Source: a virus
Reading direction: 5' to 3' (one strand)
Length of the DNA stretch: 64,000 nt
IMG/VR virus record: IMGVR_UViG_3300005613_000035
Location: 1 to 64,000 of that record
Below the pieces are notes generated by a model, which made no database searches, was not told the origin of the DNA, and was given only the letters and a program-made list of their open reading frames with translations. Both the position numbers and the translations under genes were made by a program. This document shows, one piece after another, positions 57,111-64,000 of the stretch (positions within the stretch are counted from its first letter, which is position 1; each line of letters starts with the position of its first letter).

Positions 57111-57566
57111 TTAGATCTCCTCTTTAAAATTTTTAGTTTTTAGGTCTTTAAGGTTGTTATCCTCTTGTTTTAAAAAATCATCATACCAGATTCTATATGA
57201 ATCTTCTGGCCTATCATAAGTTGATGCCTCTATAAATTTGGCTACTTGCGAAAAAGATTTGAATCTATGAAGCACTCCGGGTTTAATTTGAAAAGAATCA
57301 CCAACATTTAAAAACATAGATTTTATTTTACAGTCTGAATCTACTTTCTCTAATAATAAAATTCCAGATATAACAAAAAAGGTCTCTGTTTTCTGCAAGT
57401 GGTAATGAAATTTTCCGCCTGAAGAAAATTTATTATTTGTACATACTAAAAGTTTACCACAATAGTTTGCCTCTCGATCATTCTCAAATACTATTTCATA
57501 CCCCCAGTCTTTCATAATCTTTTGTTGTTGCAATAGTACCTCCTTTTTATTAACAGTTGGAATCAT
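57111..57566 (-). CDS. Cupin (sugar isomerase-like)
   Basis: KDWGYE, YCGKLL, HYH..K.ETF, PGVLHRF, EAST...DSYR. Confidence 0.82.
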   Translation of the reverse strand: MIPTVNKKEVLLQQQKIMKDWGYEIVFENDREANYCGKLLVCTNNKFSSGGKFHYHLQKTETFFVISGILLLEKVDSDCKIKSMFLNVGDSFQIKPGVLHRFKSFSQVAKFIEASTYDRPEDSYRIWYDDFLKQEDNNLKDLKTKNFKEEI

Positions 57567-57850
57567 TTACCATATTTGTGTTTCTCAAGTATTTTGATAG
57601 CAGAATTTAATTCTGACCTACCCCAAAAACAAGATACACCTGCGGCTTTTCTAAGTCTTTCAGATGCTAAGTAGTTAATAATAATGTCCTTGGCTATTTT
57701 TAAGACCCAAATGCTGATACATGACCAGCAAGTCCCAAAAATAATAGTTGGAAGATATTGTAAAATTATCCACCAAATACAAAGCTCTTTTGTGGATTCA
57801 CCAACCTGTTCTAACATTGTAATCATTTCTCTTACTATCTCTATGTCCAT
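57563..57850 (-). CDS. Membrane protein
   Basis: Central hydrophobic helix; GGAG RBS. Confidence 0.6.
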   Translation of the reverse strand: MDIEIVREMITMLEQVGESTKELCIWWIILQYLPTIIFGTCWSCISIWVLKIAKDIIINYLASERLRKAAGVSCFWGRSELNSAIKILEKHKYGK

Positions 57851-57925
57851 AACAGTCTCCTTTTTATTAATAAATATAACGTTTTTAATTAGCCACCCAG
57901 CTTTTGGATACTACCTTTGATAGCC

Positions 57926-59041
57926 TCATACTATAAGTTTCTCCATGTGCTCTCTAATTTCACCCCAATTTCCCACTCTAAGAATACCAGAATTGGCTCT
58001 AACATGTTGGTTCCAGGGTTTATCAAATAAAAAGCAGGATGCTCTGGTATTCCTATACACATCTTCAACTATTGATCCTCTATCCTCCACCAAAAATTTA
58101 ATGTCATACTCGTTAATAACATCTGCTTTTGTTTTACCTTCTTCTCCATCACAAAAAGATAAGGAATAAAAAATTCCTAATTTGTTTAATAGCTTACAAG
58201 TTACATTTTTAAACCTTTCATCCCTCCCAGTAATAAAATGAATGCGAGTTCCTTTAGATGCTAACCATAGTATAGTTTCTACAGCGCCATCTATAAATTT
58301 AAGGTTATCACTATCTTCAATTACTAACTCTATTGCAGCCCTTTCAACCTCCTTGTCAATATGAAGACATTTATATATGTCATACCTTTTTATACGATGT
58401 ACAGAGAATACTTCATTATAAAACCTACCTATAAGGGATATTATGGAAGGTATTGTAGTAACAATACAATCGTCTATATCAATTCCAAAGCTAATATTTG
58501 ATTGATGTAGCTTGGTTTTAAATTCTACAGCACACTCCTTTAGATCTTCAATAGTTCCTATATTGTCTATTATAAAATCATAGTTGTAATCCTCAACGTT
58601 TTTGTCAGAATCATTATTAGGTATAGCTATGTTAGGCTTATGTATCAACAAAGTCTTACACACACTTTCAAATCTATAATTTACATGAGATACAAGTTTT
58701 TTTATTTCTTCGGGTTCTCTACAATGTATGAATATAAAAACCGAATTATAGTTAGTTACTACATACTCTGCCTGTAGAACATGCTCTATATATTCAAAAG
58801 TTGCCCAACAAGGCCCCTCATTATACTCAACCCATAATTTTTTAATGTCCGATAAAAATTTTCTATATTTGTCATTTTTTATTGGGCCAGGTACGAGTTC
58901 TCTAACTGCTTTCTTTACTTTGTTGATAGTAGAGAATTCATATACAACCTCATTATTAGAACATATGTTCTCGAATAGCTCTACAAATGTGTCTTTACCA
59001 GCATTAGCACTTCCGTTTATGATTATTACATAGCTTTTCAC
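57926..59041 (-). CDS. P-loop (dNMP kinase-like) domain fused to HAD 5'(3')-deoxyribonucleotidase
   Basis: INGSANAGKDT, HCREP.E; then GIDIDDCI, ITGR, VEDR, PWN. Confidence 0.85.
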   Translation of the reverse strand: MKSYVIIINGSANAGKDTFVELFENICSNNEVVYEFSTINKVKKAVRELVPGPIKNDKYRKFLSDIKKLWVEYNEGPCWATFEYIEHVLQAEYVVTNYNSVFIFIHCREPEEIKKLVSHVNYRFESVCKTLLIHKPNIAIPNNDSDKNVEDYNYDFIIDNIGTIEDLKECAVEFKTKLHQSNISFGIDIDDCIVTTIPSIISLIGRFYNEVFSVHRIKRYDIYKCLHIDKEVERAAIELVIEDSDNLKFIDGAVETILWLASKGTRIHFITGRDERFKNVTCKLLNKLGIFYSLSFCDGEEGKTKADVINEYDIKFLVEDRGSIVEDVYRNTRASCFLFDKPWNQHVRANSGILRVGNWGEIREHMEKLIV

Positions 59042-59056
59042 TTAGTTATCCTCCTA

Positions 59057-59227
59057 TTATTCTTTCTCATCTATAACATCAAGTAATTCTTTAAATTCTT
59101 TTGTTATTATCAATCTAACATCATCAATATCTATACAACCATTGTTAAAATCAAACTGATATCTGATGAATTTAGATATCATTTTATTTATATGATTATA
59201 AATATTTATATTATGATCTATGTCCAT
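59057..59227 (-). CDS. Small hypothetical protein (56 aa, not in ORF track)
   Basis: Open frame filling the gap, directly after the promoter. Confidence 0.35.
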   Translation of the reverse strand: MDIDHNINIYNHINKMISKFIRYQFDFNNGCIDIDDVRLIITKEFKELLDVIDEKE

Positions 59228-59239
59228 AGAATTTCCTGT

Positions 59240-59268
59240 AGTATACTCTATTAAATACTATTTGTCAA
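59240..59268 (-). promoter_or_regulatory. Sigma70-type promoter
   Basis: TTGACA-17 bp-TATACT on the minus strand. Confidence 0.72.
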
Positions 59269-59641
59269 GTGCTTTTAATAGCCTTTTGTATATTTCTAAA
59301 AAGTTATCTAAATCCATTATTATTACAGGGTCAACATGATTCTTCTTGCAGATTAATGCCCAATATCTTCCTGCTTCCTGGTTCAATTTTGCTTGCTTTA
59401 TCCATGTTAATACTGACCATTTTTCCTGATTCTTGCATTCAATATCTAATAGAATTAATTGTTTAGCTTTACCATACAGCTTTATATCACGTCCTGCCTG
59501 CCCCATTTCTCGTGATTCTATCTCCTTATCTTTACCCCAAGAAATACCTGTAAGTTCTGATAATTTTTTACATACAAGTTTTTGAAGGTTACGCCCCTTT
59601 GCTTTCCTGCTTTTAATTGATATACTTTTCTTTTTAGCCAT
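59258..59641 (-). CDS. Holliday junction resolvase-like PD-(D/E)xK nuclease
   Basis: KAKGRNLQ, MGQAGRDI, IECKNQE. Confidence 0.82.
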   Translation of the reverse strand: MAKKKSISIKSRKAKGRNLQKLVCKKLSELTGISWGKDKEIESREMGQAGRDIKLYGKAKQLILLDIECKNQEKWSVLTWIKQAKLNQEAGRYWALICKKNHVDPVIIMDLDNFLEIYKRLLKALDK

Positions 59642-59660
59642 ACATTCCTCTTTAACTAAA

Positions 59661-60086
59661 TTATTTAAGCCTCCAATTTATTGGACTATCTGGAGTATAA
59701 AAGTTGAAGAGTTGGTGTTTATGGAATCCCCCACTTTTGAAAGGCGTACATAATAAGTCTTTCAAAATAGTTGATATTTCAGGAATCGTTTCTTTATATG
59801 TCTGCTTTCCTACCCTACTATCTGATAATAATAGCCATTCTTCTGGGTCTATGTCTGGTATATCCACAGCTTCAAGTTCGTGTTCCTCAATTCGGATAAG
59901 AGCAAGAGGGAACGCGTAAGTATAGCAGTTCCATTCTTCATCCCACATAGAATTTTCAATTGGACGAGGTGGAATATTCTGTGCCCAATCATGAAGAATC
60001 TTGACCATTTGGCAGCGCCGAAACTTTGGTTCTCGCATATTATCGTCCCTCACGGTTGCGTCTTTTATATTTTGGTCTTTTATCAT
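59661..60086 (-). CDS. Hypothetical protein
   Basis: ORF in the minus-strand run. Confidence 0.55.
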   Translation of the reverse strand: MIKDQNIKDATVRDDNMREPKFRRCQMVKILHDWAQNIPPRPIENSMWDEEWNCYTYAFPLALIRIEEHELEAVDIPDIDPEEWLLLSDSRVGKQTYKETIPEISTILKDLLCTPFKSGGFHKHQLFNFYTPDSPINWRLK

Positions 60087-60151
60087 GTTTATGCTATTGC
60101 CTTTTAGATTTGTTATATAGATTTAACATTCCGATGTTATGATGGTAGTTC

Positions 60152-60337
60152 TCAATCTTTCCATAAAGCTAAATCCTGGATAATAAAATCAATTTGGTCG
60201 TCCTTACCACCTTTAATATGGACTTCATCCTCTTCTTGGTTTAATGGGACAATTTCCAAAAAAGCTCCATGCGTCATAAAAACGTTCTCGATATCTTTTT
60301 TTAAATCCTTTTCAAATTGATTTAATTTTTTTGCCAT
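60152..60337 (-). CDS. Hypothetical protein (cassette-like)
   Basis: Starts right after GTTAGGAGG, which is both a core site and the RBS. Confidence 0.65.
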   Translation of the reverse strand: MAKKLNQFEKDLKKDIENVFMTHGAFLEIVPLNQEEDEVHIKGGKDDQIDFIIQDLALWKD

Positions 60338-60348
60338 ATTTCAACGCC

Positions 60349-60468
60349 TCCTAACGTTTTAAATAAGCGGGTCCACGGTTTTTTCACAGGGACCGAACCC
60401 TGACCGCCCAACCGTAAAACGTCTTGAGACCCGCTTGTGTTCCGCACAAATGCAGCGGCTTGTTAGTC
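60349..60468 (-). mobile_element. attC-like integron recombination site (120 bp)
   Basis: GACTAAC-AAGCC-GCTGCA ... AAGCGGGTC/GACCCGCTT stem ... AAAAC-GTTAGGA. Confidence 0.72.
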
Positions 60469-60663
60469 ATTAAACATAAATAATGACCCTTCATCATCGT
60501 TCCTTGGATCATATTCTTTCCAGTCATTTCGCTTCTGACCTTCTATTGGAACCCTTTCCTTTAAGGGTATTGTATGATTTTTCCAATGTTTTATTTCTGG
60601 AGTGGATTCACGATATATTGCACTCCGAACGTGACAACATTTTACTACGCTTTCAAAATCCAT
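60463..60663 (-). CDS. Hypothetical protein carried on an integron-type cassette
   Basis: AGGAG RBS; stop codon lies inside the GACTAAC inverse core. Confidence 0.75.
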   Translation of the reverse strand: MDFESVVKCCHVRSAIYRESTPEIKHWKNHTIPLKERVPIEGQKRNDWKEYDPRNDDEGSLFMFND

Positions 60664-60693
60664 AATTAATTTCTCCTATGACTAACGTTTTAA

Positions 60694-60993
60694 TCAGCGG
60701 TGCATCGCTATTGCCATACAACCCTCATGGTTGACCTCAGGGCCTTGACCACAGATTTTACACTGGCTTTCCGCATCTGGGGAATTCAAATATAATTTGG
60801 CAAATACCGGACACCATCGTTTCATAACCTCATACGTTTCCGGCGCAAATGTATTATCATCCTCACCATATAACCTTCCAACCAATATAAGTATATCAGA
60901 TTTCAATTCGCGCATTTTGTCCTGACAATCGAAAATATGATCATCCTTTTCGTCATGTGTCTTGCCAACAAAATTCCGATCTTCAAGTTCCAT
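60694..60993 (-). CDS. Hypothetical protein (cassette-like)
   Basis: Starts after GTTAGGAGGC; ends in an attC-like right arm. Confidence 0.65.
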   Translation of the reverse strand: MELEDRNFVGKTHDEKDDHIFDCQDKMRELKSDILILVGRLYGEDDNTFAPETYEVMKRWCPVFAKLYLNSPDAESQCKICGQGPEVNHEGCMAIAMHR

Positions 60994-61024
60994 TCTAAGC
61001 CTCCTAACATGGAATTAACGGGCT

Positions 61025-61381
61025 TTAGTCCTTGTTAAATTCCAATTCGCAATCATTACAGTTCATATAGGTCATCTGGCATAGATCAGATGTCGAAGGT
61101 ATAGTTATTGACGACCCATAATCTCTGGGCTTCAATTCATATTGTCCTTGGTCAGGATCGGCGCGATACCCAAATTCTACCTCAGGTATCTGCAACTCGG
61201 TTACTGTTCCGGCGTCTATGTCCATGCAGTATAATTGTCCGGTGTACTCGTTTGATAACTCATTAAACTTCCAAAGCATAACAGTAGCGGCCTCCGGTGA
61301 ACCTACATGCTTCACAAGTGGTTGAAAGTCAATGTCTGATCCCCCTCCGTTTAAAAACATTAGTAGAATGAATATTTTCAC
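61025..61381 (-). CDS. Hypothetical protein
   Basis: AGGAGG RBS; higher GC. Confidence 0.6.
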   Translation of the reverse strand: MKIFILLMFLNGGGSDIDFQPLVKHVGSPEAATVMLWKFNELSNEYTGQLYCMDIDAGTVTELQIPEVEFGYRADPDQGQYELKPRDYGSSITIPSTSDLCQMTYMNCNDCELEFNKD

Positions 61382-61459
61382 TTTTTACCTCCTTATTTTA
61401 TCCATTTTATAAACCAACCATAAATAACAGCTTGTCGTTCCATATAACATCTCTACCAC

Positions 61460-61900
61460 TCATCCCGAAGTATCTCGATATTCCAATGTACCTCCAGTTA
61501 TCGGTATTATCATCCTCTTCCAAAACTCTGCCCACCTTCCAGAATTAAACCAGACTTGTTCTACTCCTAACTTATTAGGCAATCCAAGAGTGAATGCACC
61601 CATACCATCAAATTCTTCTAAAAAGCTTTCCTTTGTAAATCTATTAAGTGGACAAAGAAAATTTAAGCAACTTTTTGCACGGTCACAAACTCCAGATTTT
61701 GGTGCTACATTTATAGTAACCACCATAAGCATATTCTTATAATCCTTTGGGGTTACGCCAAAAATTAATTCACTGTAACTACAAATTCCATAATAAAATT
61801 TGGAATATACGGTTTCAGGCTTGAATATGCACTGGCCATTAACCCATGTAACACTGGCAGAAATTGAATCTGGTAATATTATATTTTTTTCATGTGCCAT
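61460..61900 (-). CDS. Hypothetical protein
   Basis: GGGAG RBS; C..C..CP motif. Confidence 0.65.
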   Translation of the reverse strand: MAHEKNIILPDSISASVTWVNGQCIFKPETVYSKFYYGICSYSELIFGVTPKDYKNMLMVVTINVAPKSGVCDRAKSCLNFLCPLNRFTKESFLEEFDGMGAFTLGLPNKLGVEQVWFNSGRWAEFWKRMIIPITGGTLEYRDTSG

Positions 61901-62074
61901 TTATAACTCCCTTTTTATCTTCTTTAATAACGATCTTCATACTACCTTTTATATACCAAAGTTTTATAGACAGTTCTGTATCTCCCTCTCCAAAAAATTT
62001 AATGTAATCTGATGATAAACACACAGTTTTATTCATTAGCAACTATCTGATCCTTTGTATTGAAACATATTGTT

Positions 62075-63967
62075 TTAATTCCTATTGGCTATCCTTGATA
62101 CACCATCTTCCATACTAACTTCTATAACATTTGAAAATGAGTCTGCTATACCTAAATCATGTGATATAACAAATATAGTATCTAACTCATTAGCTTTATT
62201 TTTTAGTAGCCGTATCACATCCTGTTTTCCATTTTCATCAAGGCTGAGTTCAAGAATTTCGTCAAGGAAGAGAAAGCTAAAACGACCTAATAAAGAATTG
62301 AAAGCAATCTTATCAGCAATTGCAACTCTTTGTCTTTGGCCTCCTGAAAATGACCAATAATCCGTTATTGTTTTATCAGGGCTGAATACTTTGTAGCTCA
62401 CCTTTTCTCTTACATCCCCAGATTTTGTTTGTGCTTGGGAATCTATACTTACACATAAGTTATCAGATATACTACTTAATATAGAATTGGTAGCTATTTC
62501 AACACTCTCTAAAAAAGTTTCAGCCCTCATATTTGGAATCCCAGATTTACCAAAAGCTATTTTAAAGAATTTGTAGTACTTCAAATCTTCATATAATTCT
62601 TTCAACTCTTTCTTCAAGACATCCAACTCTAATTTCTTACTATCTTTTGCTTTATGTTTATCATTTATTAACTTAATGTATGGATTTTCTTCGCTTTTTA
62701 TTTCTTTTATTCTATTCAAGCACTCCTGTATTTTTTCCTCCTTAACTTCAATTTTATATTCAATTTGTTTTATAGAGCTGACTACATTAGTTATTATATC
62801 TTGCTTGCTTTTAATACGTTTCTCTTCCTCCCTAATAGACTCTTTAAAATCCATATTACAATATTGAATTGCATCTATACTGTCCAGCTCGTGAGACAAC
62901 TCCTCACATGTATACCAGAGTTTGTCATATTCCCCCTCTGCTTTTTTCAGAATAGTATTATATTGCTGACATGTATCTCTACTGTTTTCTTCCAACTTAT
63001 CACAGAATACATGAAGCACAGGACATGTATAATTGCTTATAGTGTCTAAGTCTTCCTTTATTCTATCTATTTCAGATGATATTCTTGACATTTTAATCTT
63101 TATATCAGTTATTTCTTTATTATATTCTTTGTGTTTATCTGAATCATATGGCTTTATTAAACCTTGTAACTTAGCTATGTTATCATTAATACTATTAATA
63201 TCTTTTTTAGCTTGCTTTTTATTCGCAACAAGCTTATTTATAATATGTGTAAAATCTTCAGTCTCTATTTCTTTAATTTCTTTATTTATATTTTCAATCT
63301 TCAGCTTGTTATTTGCAATCCATTCTTTCTTATTATTCTCCAACTCTAATGTCTCATCTACAATATCTTTAATGAACTCTTTTATATATTCTATCTTTAT
63401 ATTAATGTCATGTATATTAGTATTAGTTTCTTCTATCTTATTCTTTGCTGCTGTATAGTATGTGTGATACTTATGTAAGTCTAATGCATCATATATAATT
63501 TTCTTGCGGTCACTTTCCTTAGCTTCGGGAAATGAAGGAGAACTCTGTGAAAAGATGGTGCTGATACCTAATATATCTTTGTTAATTCCAAAATATTTAT
63601 TTATATTCTTTTGAGTTTCCCGACGATCTGATTCTGTATGTGCTTCTTCATTATTATTTATAGAAAATATAGTTTTATTTCCATATGTCTTATGTTCCCG
63701 ATACTTTAATATTTTAATTTCATTATCACCATGTTGAAATACACAACCAAGCTCACAGTTTCCTTCTTTATTGAACGAAAATTCTCCCAGATCGTTTAAT
63801 TCGGATGTAGTGTCTGTAAGTAAGTATTCAATAGCGAGTCGAATGGTTGTCTTCCCAAACCCATTTTTGGCAGCTATAAGTACCAAACCCAAAGTATCTA
63901 TATCTTTTAGATGAAAGTCTTTGTAAGACCTGAAATTTTTGAACCACAACTCTTTTAGAACAAACAT
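62075..63967 (-). CDS. SbcC/Rad50/T4 gp46-like recombination ATPase
   Basis: KNFRSY, Walker A KNGFGKTT, coiled coil with CPVL..C hook, FSGGQRQR, FLDE, SH. Confidence 0.92.
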   Translation of the reverse strand: MFVLKELWFKNFRSYKDFHLKDIDTLGLVLIAAKNGFGKTTIRLAIEYLLTDTTSELNDLGEFSFNKEGNCELGCVFQHGDNEIKILKYREHKTYGNKTIFSINNNEEAHTESDRRETQKNINKYFGINKDILGISTIFSQSSPSFPEAKESDRKKIIYDALDLHKYHTYYTAAKNKIEETNTNIHDINIKIEYIKEFIKDIVDETLELENNKKEWIANNKLKIENINKEIKEIETEDFTHIINKLVANKKQAKKDINSINDNIAKLQGLIKPYDSDKHKEYNKEITDIKIKMSRISSEIDRIKEDLDTISNYTCPVLHVFCDKLEENSRDTCQQYNTILKKAEGEYDKLWYTCEELSHELDSIDAIQYCNMDFKESIREEEKRIKSKQDIITNVVSSIKQIEYKIEVKEEKIQECLNRIKEIKSEENPYIKLINDKHKAKDSKKLELDVLKKELKELYEDLKYYKFFKIAFGKSGIPNMRAETFLESVEIATNSILSSISDNLCVSIDSQAQTKSGDVREKVSYKVFSPDKTITDYWSFSGGQRQRVAIADKIAFNSLLGRFSFLFLDEILELSLDENGKQDVIRLLKNKANELDTIFVISHDLGIADSFSNVIEVSMEDGVSRIANRN

Positions 63968-64000
63968 TATTTAATCCTTTCTCTTTAAAAAATTTACACC

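Noticed and set aside
349-63458. Many short antisense ORFs in the six-frame track (e.g. 17715..18143, 27935..28399, 63033..63458)
   Set aside because: They lie opposite well-supported genes, lack RBS or motifs, and look like shadow frames.
1-64000. Alternative genetic code (stop-codon recoding)
   Set aside because: Long genes are intact in the standard code, and TAA, TAG and TGA all occur as plausible stops.

Overview
The window is an AT-rich segment of a large tailed bacteriophage genome with a siphovirus-like tail module. It contains no capsid, portal, terminase or integrase gene. The + strand (1-48.6 kb) carries, in order: the 3' part of a DGR-type reverse transcriptase, an HNH endonuclease, lysis-like membrane proteins and a beta-helix protein, then a ~15 kb glycan-building island (glycosyltransferases, five SAM methyltransferase domains, three sulfotransferases, radical SAM, RffA/WecE aminotransferase, SGNH). 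The island runs into neck and tail genes: tube, frameshifted chaperone, 2023-aa tape measure, L/K/I-J tip proteins, fibers and an M15 endolysin. The - strand (48.6-64 kb) carries DNA-metabolism genes (intein-containing NrdJ, kinase-nucleotidase fusion, resolvase, SbcC/gp46) and small ORFs. The most notable findings are: an integron-type gene cassette with attC-like sites at 60.1-61.1 kb; a ~170-nt pseudoknotted RNA candidate at 49.2-49.4 kb; a probable virion glycosylation/sulfation system with A-[S/T] enrichment in virion proteins; and a domain nested inside its own paralog in the tail-tip protein. All functional calls come from motif recognition by eye, with no database searches.
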